This document shows positions 10,021 through 19,204 of a DNA stretch of 64,000 bases, one piece after another. The notes under the pieces were generated by a model. That model worked only from the letters and a program-made list of their open reading frames with translations. It ran no database searches and was not told the origin of the DNA. This DNA is from an uncultured Aquiluna sp. (GTDB lineage Bacteria; Actinomycetota; Actinomycetes; Actinomycetales; Microbacteriaceae): contig CAJYLB010000001.1 in assembly GCA_913775595.1 (NCBI GenBank), positions 248,001-312,000 of the forward strand, read 5' to 3'. Within the stretch, counting starts at the first letter, position 1. Each line of letters begins with the position of its first letter. Both the position numbers and the translations under genes were made by a program.

Positions 10021-11511
10021 CTAGGATTTGAGACGCTTCCAGGCTTCGGTTAGGACCTTTCTCAAGATTTGCTCGATTTCGTCGAACTCCTTGGGACCGA
10101 TCGTCAGCGGGGGTGCAAGCTGAATCACAGGATCTCCCCGGTCGTCAGCGCGGCAGTAGAGCCCGGCTTCATAGAGAGCGGTGTTTAGGAAGCCCCTTAG
10201 AAGTTTCTCGGCCTCGGGGCCGGTGAGAGTTTCCTTAGTCTCCTTGTTCTTCACCATCTCGACCGCGAAGAAGTAACCGTCTCCGCGGACGTTGCCAACG
10301 ATGGGTAGGTCGTAAAGCTTCTCAAGGGTCTTGCGGAAGACAGGGGAGTTCTTTCGAACGTTATCCACCAACTTCTCCCTGTCGTAGATGTCGAGGTTGG
10401 CTAGTGCCACTGCACAGGCCACCGGGTGGCCTCCGAAGGTGTAGCCATGGGCGAGCGTGTTGGTGCCGTCATCAAAAGGCGTGAAAAACTTCTCTTTCAA
10501 GAACAGCGCACCTAGCGGCTGGGCTCCAGAGGTTATTGCTTTCGCGGTCACCATCATGTCTGGCTGAATGTCGTAGCGCTGGGATCCAAACATCTCTCCA
10601 GTTCGGCCGTAACCGGTGATGGTCTCGTCGGCCACGAGGATCACGTCGTACTTCGTGCAGATTTCGCGAACGCGCTTGAAGTAGGCCTTCGGTGCGGTGA
10701 AGCAACCACCAGCATTCTGGATGGGCTCAACGAAGAAAGCCGCTACGGTGTCAGGCCCCTCAAAAAGAATTGCCTCCTCTAGGCGATTAGCCGCCCAGAT
10801 ACCGAATTCGTCCTCGTTCTTGAACTCATGCGGAGCCCGGTAGTAATTGGTGTTGGGAACCCTGAAGGCAGAAGGCACCAGCGGCTCGAACATCTGCTTG
10901 AACGCGGGGATGCCGGTAATGGATAGGGCTCCATGGCTAGTGCCGTGGTATGCGGTCATGCGGGAGATAACCTTGTGCTTCTGTGGCTTGCCAGTCATCC
11001 GGAAGTATTGTTTGGCAATCTTCCAAGCAGACTCGACACCCTCGGTGCCGCCGGTTGTGAAGAAGATTCTGGTCATGCCCTCTGGTGCGTAGGAGAGCAG
11101 TCTCTCAGAGAGTTCGATCGCTCTCGGGTGGTGGTAGGACCAAAGCGGCATGAAGTCAAGTTCCATCATCTGCTTTTGCGCGGCTTCGGCGAGCTCCGGC
11201 CTGCCGTGGCCTGCGTTGCAGGTAAAGAGCCCCGAAAGCCCATCAATTACCTTTCGACCCTTGGAGTCGATTAGGTAGTGACCCTCACCGCGTTCGATGA
11301 TCGTCATGTCAATCTTCTGGTAGGGGCTGTGACGGGTGAAGTGCAGCCAAGTGTGCTTCTTTGCAGCCTCTTGCCACATCTTGTCACCGACCGCTTTGCC
11401 GGCCTGCATGGCCTCAAACACCTTGAGCTCGGCACTTGTCTTTGCCGTGGGCTTTACCCGACTGATCAGTCCCTTGAGCGGGTTAGTTTTTCTGCTCTCT
11501 GAAATCGCCAT
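10021..11511 (-). CDS. Class III PLP aminotransferase (putative diamine/polyamine or omega-amino acid transaminase)
   Basis: DGLSGLF, AYHGTS, EPIQNAGG, ADETITGYGRTG, PLP Lys in TAKAITSG; in polyamine cluster. Confidence 0.88.
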   Translation of the reverse strand: MAISESRKTNPLKGLISRVKPTAKTSAELKVFEAMQAGKAVGDKMWQEAAKKHTWLHFTRHSPYQKIDMTIIERGEGHYLIDSKGRKVIDGLSGLFTCNAGHGRPELAEAAQKQMMELDFMPLWSYHHPRAIELSERLLSYAPEGMTRIFFTTGGTEGVESAWKIAKQYFRMTGKPQKHKVISRMTAYHGTSHGALSITGIPAFKQMFEPLVPSAFRVPNTNYYRAPHEFKNEDEFGIWAANRLEEAILFEGPDTVAAFFVEPIQNAGGCFTAPKAYFKRVREICTKYDVILVADETITGYGRTGEMFGSQRYDIQPDMMVTAKAITSGAQPLGALFLKEKFFTPFDDGTNTLAHGYTFGGHPVACAVALANLDIYDREKLVDNVRKNSPVFRKTLEKLYDLPIVGNVRGDGYFFAVEMVKNKETKETLTGPEAEKLLRGFLNTALYEAGLYCRADDRGDPVIQLAPPLTIGPKEFDEIEQILRKVLTEAWKRLKS

Positions 11512-11536
11512 CGATTATCAATACCTTTTCGGGGAC

Positions 11537-12010
11537 CTATCTGGTTCCCCAGTTATAAAACTGCTTGTGCAGCTTTAGATAAACAAACGTTTCTGCCGAG
11601 GTTACCTGAGGAAGGGTGCGAATCCTTTGGTTCAGAAGAGCAATCAGGTGATCATCATCCTCACAAACCACCTCCACCATCAGGTCGAAACTCCCAGCGG
11701 TGAGGACAACGTAGTCAACCGCGGGGAGCGTGGACAGAGCCTCAGCAACCTCGGTGACATCGCCGACGCACTTGATGCCAATCATTGCCTGACGCGAAAA
11801 GCCCAGCCTGAGTGGGTCGGTCACGGCAACAATCTGCATTACTCCGGATTCTGTGAGCTTCTGCACGCGCTGCCGAACCGCTGCCTCAGACAGTCCCACC
11901 ACCTTGCCTATTTCGGCGTAGGACTTTCGTCCATCGTGCTGGAGCTGCTCAATGATCTGTTTCGAGATCTCATCGAGTTGCGATTGTCTGGTTCTTGTTG
12001 TCCTCGACAT
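11537..12010 (-). CDS. Lrp/AsnC family transcriptional regulator
   Basis: LQHDGRKSYAEIGKVVGLSEAAVRQRVQKL HTH and C-terminal RAM domain (TAGSFDL). Confidence 0.95.
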   Translation of the reverse strand: MSRTTRTRQSQLDEISKQIIEQLQHDGRKSYAEIGKVVGLSEAAVRQRVQKLTESGVMQIVAVTDPLRLGFSRQAMIGIKCVGDVTEVAEALSTLPAVDYVVLTAGSFDLMVEVVCEDDDHLIALLNQRIRTLPQVTSAETFVYLKLHKQFYNWGTR

Positions 12011-12166
12011 GTCTCGAGTATCACAGCAAGTCGATTCCGAAAATAGGTATTCCGCAGTTTTTTTACAAATAAGTTACGAAATCGGCACTCTTTTTCATTT
12101 TTAATGTCGGGTAGGCCACTGCGGGTCTAGCATCAAGGTATTGATCTCAACGAGGAGTGAATTCAG

Positions 12167-13603
12167 TTGGCAGTTAGAAAGCTTCAGAACTTTGTTGGCG
12201 GCAAGTATGTAACACCTGCTGCGAGTGCGGTGAGTGATGTTATCAACCCATCCACCGAGGAGGTCTACGCCCACGCGCCCGTCTCTGGTGCCGAGGATGT
12301 TAATAACGCTTTTGAGGCCGCTCATGCCGCTTTCAAAGAGTGGTCGCAAGTAACACCTGCCGAGCGGCAGTTGGCTCTTTTCAGAATCGCTGACGAGCTA
12401 GAGCAGCATGCTGAGAAGGCGGCCGATCTCGAGAGCGAGAACACCGGTAAGCCGAGAGCGACCCTCGTTGACTACGAGATGGTTCCGTCCGTGGACCAGA
12501 TTCGCTTCTTCGCAGGAGCCGCCCGCAACCTGGAGGGCAGGGCGACTGCCGAGTACACGGCAGACCATACCTCCTCAATCAGGCGTGAGCCAATTGGCGT
12601 GATTGGACAGGTCACCCCATGGAACTATCCGCTGAACATGGCGGTTTGGAAGTTCGCCCCTGCGATTGCCGCGGGAAACACAATTGTCCTGAAGCCATCT
12701 GACACAACACCTTCATCGACACTTTTCTTGGCCGAGATAGCAAACAAGCACTTGCCCCCCGGAGTATTCAATGTCATCACAGGTGACCGCGATACCGGTC
12801 GCATGATGATTGAGCACCCCACCCCGCAGATGGTCTCAATCACAGGCTCGGTTCGCGCGGGTATGGAGGTTGCAAAGTCCGCTGCGGCAGATTTGAAGCG
12901 CGTGCACCTTGAGCTTGGCGGCAAGGCTCCAGTAATTGTCTTTGACGATGCAGATATGCAAAAAGCTGCCGAGGGCATCGTTGCTGCTGGCTTCTTCAAC
13001 GCTGGTCAGGATTGCACCGCTGCCACAAGGCTGCTGGTTCACGAAAAGGCCTACGACTCATTCATGGCAGCGCTACTTGCAGAGGTAAAGGCAAGCGCAA
13101 AGGTTGGAATGCCTACAGACCCAGATGTTCTGTTTGGACCTGTCAACAACTCATCCCAGCTCGAGCGGGTGCAGGGTTTCATTGACAGGGTCCCCTCACA
13201 TGCCAAGGTCGAGGTTGGAGGAAACAGGCTCTCTGGCAAGGGTTACTTCTTAGAACCAACAGTCCTCTCAGGTTTCAAGCAGGATGACGAGCACATTCAA
13301 AATGAGATCTTTGGACCAGTTCTAACCGTCCAGAAGTTCAAGGATGACGAGCAGGCCCTGACCTGGGCCAATGATGTGAAGTATGGCCTTGCATCTTCGG
13401 TCTGGACCACAAACCACACCAGGGCAATGCGCTTTTCGAAGCACCTTGACTTCGGTGCAGTGTGGATTAATTGCCACATCCCGCTGGCGGCCGAGATGCC
13501 TCACGGTGGCTTCAAGCACTCGGGGTACGGCAAGGATCTTTCAGCATACGGTTTCGAGGATTACACCCGAATCAAGCACGTGATGCACTACATCGGAGAC
13601 TGA
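12167..13603 (+). CDS. patD: Gamma-aminobutyraldehyde dehydrogenase
   Basis: ALDH motifs TPWNYP, LELGGKAP, catalytic Cys in NAGQDCTA, EIFGPV, HSGYGKDLS; SD GAGGAG before TTG; polyamine context. Confidence 0.85.
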   Translation: MAVRKLQNFVGGKYVTPAASAVSDVINPSTEEVYAHAPVSGAEDVNNAFEAAHAAFKEWSQVTPAERQLALFRIADELEQHAEKAADLESENTGKPRATLVDYEMVPSVDQIRFFAGAARNLEGRATAEYTADHTSSIRREPIGVIGQVTPWNYPLNMAVWKFAPAIAAGNTIVLKPSDTTPSSTLFLAEIANKHLPPGVFNVITGDRDTGRMMIEHPTPQMVSITGSVRAGMEVAKSAAADLKRVHLELGGKAPVIVFDDADMQKAAEGIVAAGFFNAGQDCTAATRLLVHEKAYDSFMAALLAEVKASAKVGMPTDPDVLFGPVNNSSQLERVQGFIDRVPSHAKVEVGGNRLSGKGYFLEPTVLSGFKQDDEHIQNEIFGPVLTVQKFKDDEQALTWANDVKYGLASSVWTTNHTRAMRFSKHLDFGAVWINCHIPLAAEMPHGGFKHSGYGKDLSAYGFEDYTRIKHVMHYIGD

Positions 13604-13727
13604 AAGTAAAAATTAGATTTCATTGACGGCCCCGGGAGGAATTTGTGCCAAACTTTGAGCAATTCGGAATCACCGAAGCGCCTGAGAATGAATACAAGCC
13701 GCTACAAGCGGATTTAGGAGAAAAGCA

Positions 13728-14972
13728 ATGAAGCGAGAGCTACCGCAAGACCCAATGCTGCGGGACTTAGTTCAGATGGCTAGAAATCATCAGATTTCCA
13801 GGCGCGCGGCATTGGCCGGAGTTGGTGGAACAGCAGCTGCACTTACCCTTGCATCCTGCGCACCGGCTGACGAAGGTCAGGTTGCCGCAACTGACGTTTC
13901 CGACTCTGAGAAGGTGCTGGTTTGGCACAACTGGCCTGCCTACATGGACGAGGACGACGACGGCAACTACCCAACCCTCGAGCGTTTCCAGTCAGAGAGC
14001 GGTATCAGCGTTGATTACCGCATCGAGATTGACGACAACGACACTTGGTATGCAAAGGTTAAAGACCAGCTAGAGCTTGGCGCTGACATCGGTGCTGACG
14101 TAGCGTGCCCGACCGGCTGGATGGCATCTAGGCTCCAGAACCTCGGCTACCTGCAAACCTACGACAACGCAAACATGCCAAACAAGGTTGCAAACATTGC
14201 GCCTAGCTATCTAGGTTCTGCCGAGGATCCAGACCGCATCTACTCCGTGCCTTGGCAGGCAGGTTTCGCTGGTATTGGCTACAACAAGCAGGCCTACCGC
14301 GATGCCACCGGCAAGGACGCTCCAGGCTCAATCGCTGACCTCTGGGCAGCCGAACTGAAGGGACGTGTCGGCTTGCTTTCGGAGATGCGCGACACCGTCG
14401 GCCTAGTGCTCATGAGCCAGGGCATCGACATTGCATCTAGCTCAAGCCTCACCGAGGACGCTTTCATGGCAGCGCTTGACGCAATCAAGGAGCAGATCGA
14501 CGCTGGACAGATCTACAACGTTCGCGGAAACAGCTACCTTGATGACCTTGCCACTGGCAACATCATCGCCTCCACCGCCTGGTCAGGTGACATCACAGTC
14601 ATCAACTACGAGGCTGGAACGGACGACGACCCAGAGCCATTCGGATTCATCTTCCCTGAGTCAGGGGCGACCCTGTGGGCAGACGTGTTCATTACTCCTA
14701 ACGGTGCGACCCACAAGCGCAACGTTGAGGAGCTAATCAACTTCTACTACGACCCAGCAAATGCCGCAGAGCTAGCGCTCTGGGTGAACTACATCACCCC
14801 AGTCGTTGGAGCTCAGGATGTTGCAGCCGAGGAGGACCCAGAGCTAGCCGAAAACCAGCTCATCTTCCCTAACGCTGACACCCTGGCGAAGTCCGCGGCC
14901 TTCCGTTCCCTTACAGGACAGGAAGAGCAGCGTTTTGCTTCGGCTTGGCAGAACCTTCTGCTAGGGGCTTAG
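13728..14972 (+). CDS. potD: Polyamine ABC transporter substrate-binding lipoprotein (Tat signal)
   Basis: SRRAAL twin-arginine motif, LASC lipobox, NWPAYMD, AWSGD, PESGATLWAD motifs of the PotD/PotF family. Confidence 0.88.
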   Translation: MKRELPQDPMLRDLVQMARNHQISRRAALAGVGGTAAALTLASCAPADEGQVAATDVSDSEKVLVWHNWPAYMDEDDDGNYPTLERFQSESGISVDYRIEIDDNDTWYAKVKDQLELGADIGADVACPTGWMASRLQNLGYLQTYDNANMPNKVANIAPSYLGSAEDPDRIYSVPWQAGFAGIGYNKQAYRDATGKDAPGSIADLWAAELKGRVGLLSEMRDTVGLVLMSQGIDIASSSSLTEDAFMAALDAIKEQIDAGQIYNVRGNSYLDDLATGNIIASTAWSGDITVINYEAGTDDDPEPFGFIFPESGATLWADVFITPNGATHKRNVEELINFYYDPANAAELALWVNYITPVVGAQDVAAEEDPELAENQLIFPNADTLAKSAAFRSLTGQEEQRFASAWQNLLLGA

Positions 14973-16102
14973 TGGCAACAGACTTCGTTGCCCGAGGTCA
15001 AGACCTCGAGCTTGAGAGTATTCGCAAGGAGTTCCCCGGTTTTGTTGCGGTCGAAGACCTCGACCTCAAGATTCCCGCCGGGGAATTCTTTGCGCTGCTC
15101 GGCCCATCGGGTTGTGGCAAGACCACGACCCTGAGGATGATTGCCGGCTTGGAGACTCCAAGCGCAGGGCGCATCCTTATTGGGGGCAACGACGTCACCG
15201 ACCAGAAGCCTCACCAGCGACCTGTCAATACTGTCTTTCAAAACTACGCACTCTTTCCTCACATGAGTGTCGAGGAAAACGTAGCGTTTGGTCTCAAGCA
15301 GCGAAAAATTGACAACCCGCTAGAAAAGGCAAAGGCCGCGCTGGAGATGGTTGAGCTGCAACACCTTGCCTCGCGAAGGCCTCAGCAGCTCTCCGGTGGT
15401 CAGCAGCAGCGCGTCGCACTCGCCAGAGCTTTGGTGAATAGGCCAGCTCTGCTGCTTCTTGATGAGCCGCTGGGTGCACTGGATCTAAAGCTGCGAAGAC
15501 AAATGCAAATTGAGCTCAAGGCTATCCAGATGGAGGTCGGCCTCACCTTCCTGCATGTGACACATGACCAAGAGGAGGCCATGGACATGGCCGACACCGT
15601 TGCGGTTATGAACCACGGTCACATTGAGCAGATGGGTGCACCGGAAGCTCTTTACGACCGGCCTAAGACCGCCTTCGTGGCAAAGTTCCTCGGGCAGTCA
15701 AACCTGTTTGTTGGAGAAGTTTCCGAGTCGGACGACTCCAAGCTTTCCATCAACTTCAAGGGAAACCTCCTTACCGCACCTGCGAACCGGGTCGAGAAAA
15801 CCAAAGGCAAGGTTGCAATTGGAGTGCGCCCGGAGAAAACCTATTTCCATCCTGAGAAACCGGCAGCTGATTCAGGCATCAATACTCTTGGGCCCGGCAC
15901 CATCACCGACATCAGGTTCACGGGTGTCTCGAATCAGTACCAGATAGAAATTCCAGAAATCGGCGAGGTCACGGTCTTCGCTCAGAACGTTGGCAAGTCT
16001 CCCGTTGTCGAACTGGGTGCAGAGGTTTGGGTCAGTTGGAAGGTCGAGCACAGCTTCGGGCTTGCGGATCTACCGACTGGCGAAGAAGAAGTCGCAGAGT
16101 AG
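14972..16102 (+). CDS. potA: Polyamine ABC transporter ATP-binding protein
   Basis: GPSGCGKTT, LSGGQQQRVALARAL, LLLDEPLGALD, C-terminal TOBE-like region; start GTG overlapping potD TAG. Confidence 0.92.
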   Translation: MATDFVARGQDLELESIRKEFPGFVAVEDLDLKIPAGEFFALLGPSGCGKTTTLRMIAGLETPSAGRILIGGNDVTDQKPHQRPVNTVFQNYALFPHMSVEENVAFGLKQRKIDNPLEKAKAALEMVELQHLASRRPQQLSGGQQQRVALARALVNRPALLLLDEPLGALDLKLRRQMQIELKAIQMEVGLTFLHVTHDQEEAMDMADTVAVMNHGHIEQMGAPEALYDRPKTAFVAKFLGQSNLFVGEVSESDDSKLSINFKGNLLTAPANRVEKTKGKVAIGVRPEKTYFHPEKPAADSGINTLGPGTITDIRFTGVSNQYQIEIPEIGEVTVFAQNVGKSPVVELGAEVWVSWKVEHSFGLADLPTGEEEVAE

Positions 16103-16111
16103 GGCAGCGCG

Positions 16112-17026
16112 GTGGCATTCGTAGCTTTAGGGCCGCAGGCACCTGTTGCAAACCAGAAGCCAACTAAGACGGGCCGAGTCGCACTCTATCTATTGCTCCC
16201 CGGGCTTTTTTACCTTGGGCTGTTCTTCCTGACTCCACTTTTCTCGCTAATTCTGACCTCACTCAAAGCACCTAGCGCAACAGGAGTCATAGGACGCTAC
16301 GACGTTGCCGTTGAGGTTGGCAATTATGCATATGCAGTTGGGCAGTACGCACCGCAGATATTCAGATCCTTCAGTTTTGCGTTGATTGCCACAGTGATTG
16401 CGCTTGCGGTTAGCTACCCCATTGCATACTTCATCGGAGTGACTGCGAGAAATCGTCCTCTGCTTAAAGGCATGCTGCTCACTCTTGTTATTGCTCCGTT
16501 CTTTATTTCGATGCTGCTGAGAACGTTTGCTTGGAAGCAAATATTTTCGAACGATTCATGGCTTGTTAATACGCTGAAGGACCTAGGTCTGATGGGCCTA
16601 GACAGCTACATCATTGGAACTGATTTTGCGGTTGTGTTTGGACTTGTCTACAACTTCATTCCGTTCATGACGCTACCCATTTATGCATCTTTGGACCGTC
16701 TCGATCTAAGGCTGGTTGAAGCTGGTCAGGATCTCTACGCAAACTCGGTCACCACCTTTCGCAAGATAACTTTCCCGCTGTCTTTGCCGGGAGTTATCTC
16801 GGGGACTCTGCTCACCTTCATTCCCATCAGCGGTGACTATGTGGTTGCAAGCCGCGATTTTCTTGGAAGCACCGACACCGCGATGATTGGAAATGTGGTT
16901 GAGGCTAACTTCCTGAGAATCCAGGACTACCCGACCGCTTCGGCTCTTTCGGTTCTGCTGATGGCAGCCATTGTGATTCTGGTTTCCGCCTACGTTCGCA
17001 GGAGTGGAACGGAGGACCTGCTTTGA
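16112..17026 (+). CDS. potB: Polyamine ABC transporter permease
   Basis: Multiple TM segments, LLRTFAW, PFMTLPIYASL, EAA loop LVEAGQDLYA. Confidence 0.9.
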   Translation: MAFVALGPQAPVANQKPTKTGRVALYLLLPGLFYLGLFFLTPLFSLILTSLKAPSATGVIGRYDVAVEVGNYAYAVGQYAPQIFRSFSFALIATVIALAVSYPIAYFIGVTARNRPLLKGMLLTLVIAPFFISMLLRTFAWKQIFSNDSWLVNTLKDLGLMGLDSYIIGTDFAVVFGLVYNFIPFMTLPIYASLDRLDLRLVEAGQDLYANSVTTFRKITFPLSLPGVISGTLLTFIPISGDYVVASRDFLGSTDTAMIGNVVEANFLRIQDYPTASALSVLLMAAIVILVSAYVRRSGTEDLL

Positions 17027-17820
17027 AGCTCTCGCTTGGCAAGTATCTGCTTCCAACCTATGTGGCACTCACGTTTGCCTTTTTGGCAATACCGATTATC
17101 TACACCTTCGTCTTTTCCTTTAATAACTCAATCAAGTCAAACATCATTTGGCGCGGCTTCACATTGGATAACTGGCTGGATGTTTGCAATCAGCAAGAAG
17201 TTTGTGATGCCTTTGGAAACTCGGTTGTTGTTGCGGTAAGTGCAACGGTGGTGGCTACTGTCTTGGGCACGATGATCGCAATTGCCTTGGTGAGGTATCG
17301 CTTCCGTTTTCGCAGCGCGACAAACCTCCTGCTCTTTCTTCCCCTGGCAACCCCTGAGGTTGTAATGGGTGCTGGTCTTGCCGCACAGTTTTTAGACTTC
17401 GGATGGCAGAAGGGACTGCCAACGGTGATCATCGCCCACACCATGTTCACCCTCAGCTTCGTTGTTGTGACGGTAAAGGCGAGGGTCGCAACTTTGGACC
17501 CAGCTTTGGAAGAGGCGGGTCGCGATCTCTATGCAAATGCTGCTCAGGTGTTTTGGAGGATTACGTTCCCGCTTTTACTACCCGGAATCCTGGCCGCGGC
17601 GATGTTGGCCTTCGCGTTGAGTTTTGACGACTTCATCATCACGCAGTTCAATTCGGGTGCGGTGGACACCTTCCCCAAGTTTGTCTACACCGCAGCGGCG
17701 AGGGGAATACCCGCAGAGGCGAATGTCATCGGCTCTTTCGTCTTCCTAGTCGCGATCGCGATTGTGCTGGTGGTTCAGATCCGCTCCTCTAGAAAACAGA
17801 AGAAGCTAATCAGCAAATAG
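17023..17820 (+). CDS. potC: Polyamine ABC transporter permease
   Basis: FSFN...GFTLDNW, LEEAGRDLYA EAA loop, FALSFDDF. Confidence 0.9.
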   Translation: MKLSLGKYLLPTYVALTFAFLAIPIIYTFVFSFNNSIKSNIIWRGFTLDNWLDVCNQQEVCDAFGNSVVVAVSATVVATVLGTMIAIALVRYRFRFRSATNLLLFLPLATPEVVMGAGLAAQFLDFGWQKGLPTVIIAHTMFTLSFVVVTVKARVATLDPALEEAGRDLYANAAQVFWRITFPLLLPGILAAAMLAFALSFDDFIITQFNSGAVDTFPKFVYTAAARGIPAEANVIGSFVFLVAIAIVLVVQIRSSRKQKKLISK

Positions 17821-19164
17821 GGCCATTACCGCTTCTCGGAAGTGGGCAAGGTGGCGCTCAACATCCGCTTGGGTTGTTTTAGGGCTCATCAGCGTCATGT
17901 TGTGAAATGGCGTCATGAGGATGCCTCGGTTGAGTGCATGCAGCTGAAGGTACTGCTGCAACTCAAAGTCCTCAGCGGCCGCTGCCTCTGCCCCAGTCGA
18001 TGGTGCGGAGGATCGGAAACTGTATTCGCCACGGCAACCGACTCTTGATACTTGCCAAGGAAGCCCGAACTCGCTGATTATTTCCTGAATACCCTGCTGC
18101 CATCTAATTGCAAGCATCTCCATGTGTTCAAAAGCGCTCTCGGTAAGTACCTCTGTGAGGGTGGCTCTTACCGCCGCCATGGACAGGGCGTTGCCGGCGA
18201 GTGTTCCCCCGACACCTCCAACATCAATGCTTTCAAGCTCCATTGAGCTCGAGATTCTCTCGGCCAGCTCAGCTGTGACTCCATAGGCCCCGACCGCAAT
18301 ACCTCCACCAATTGTCTTGCCTAGGACCACGGCATCCGGCTTCAAGCTATTTTTCGCCGTTAGTCCGCCTGTTCCGGCTGAGAGGGTGTGAGTTTCGTCA
18401 AGGATCCAAAGGACTTCATATTTTTGGCAAAGCTCCTGCATGCCCTCCAGGTATCCCTCATCGGGAAGAACGATGCCGATGTTCGTGAGCGCCGGTTCCA
18501 TTAGCATTGCCGCTATTTCGCCTGTCGCAAATGCCTGTTCGGCGGCATCAAGGTCGTTGAACGGGACCGACACCGTAGTCTCCGTTAGCTCCACTGGGGC
18601 GCCGATGTTGTTTTTGCGAGAGATAGTGCTGCCGTCGCCCGCTAGGTTTGCAAAGGTTTCATCGACGGTTCCGTGATAGCAGTAGTCATGAACCGCAATC
18701 TTTTTTCTCCCGCTCACGTGCCGTGCAAAGCGAATTAGGTGCCTATTTGCATCGGTCGCGCTCAAGGTGAACTGCCATTTAGGCAGGCCGAACCGACGTT
18801 CGAGCTCCTTTGCGTTCTCAGCGGCATCTCGGGTGGGAAGCATGAGGGTGATTCCCTCCTTTGCCTGGCGGGCAATGGAGTTGACCGTCGGCTCGGGGGA
18901 GTGGCCAGACATGGATCCAGTGTCACCGAGGCAGAAGTCTGTGTAGTCGTTGCCGTCAAGATCTGTGAAGTGCGATCCGGAGGCACTTTTCACATAAACG
19001 GGGAAGCCTCCCGGCCACTTGGCCATCCAAATCATTGGCACGCCCGCCAACATGTTGTCTCGGCCTACTAGGTGGGCCTGCTCGCTCTTGGGGTGTGTGG
19101 CTCTGAATAGCTCAGTTTCCTCGGCAAACAGCGCTGCCAACTTCGCGCGATGCGGATAACTCAT
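17806..19164 (-). CDS. Class III PLP transaminase (glutamate-1-semialdehyde aminomutase-like fold, substrate unknown)
   Basis: GVPMIWM, DFCLGDTG, CYHG, ILDETHT, PLP Lys in VLGKTIGGG. Confidence 0.85.
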   Translation of the reverse strand: MSYPHRAKLAALFAEETELFRATHPKSEQAHLVGRDNMLAGVPMIWMAKWPGGFPVYVKSASGSHFTDLDGNDYTDFCLGDTGSMSGHSPEPTVNSIARQAKEGITLMLPTRDAAENAKELERRFGLPKWQFTLSATDANRHLIRFARHVSGRKKIAVHDYCYHGTVDETFANLAGDGSTISRKNNIGAPVELTETTVSVPFNDLDAAEQAFATGEIAAMLMEPALTNIGIVLPDEGYLEGMQELCQKYEVLWILDETHTLSAGTGGLTAKNSLKPDAVVLGKTIGGGIAVGAYGVTAELAERISSSMELESIDVGGVGGTLAGNALSMAAVRATLTEVLTESAFEHMEMLAIRWQQGIQEIISEFGLPWQVSRVGCRGEYSFRSSAPSTGAEAAAAEDFELQQYLQLHALNRGILMTPFHNMTLMSPKTTQADVERHLAHFREAVMALFAD

Positions 19165-19204
19165 GAATCACCTTTGATTCTTCTTCGGGTTTCCCCGCTT
19201 TTAC

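Noticed and set aside
10361..10369. DnaA-box-like TTATCCACC (also TTATCCAAA at 52601)
   Set aside because: Single mismatched copies inside coding sequence; no cluster, so no origin
13623..13654. TTGACG...CAAACT as a SigA promoter for potD
   Set aside because: Spacer is 20 nt, too long for a standard -35/-10 pair
17806..19164. Calling transaminase 2 hemL
   Set aside because: Lacks the GGVNSPVR and VNSGTEA motifs of true HemL and has no tetrapyrrole gene context
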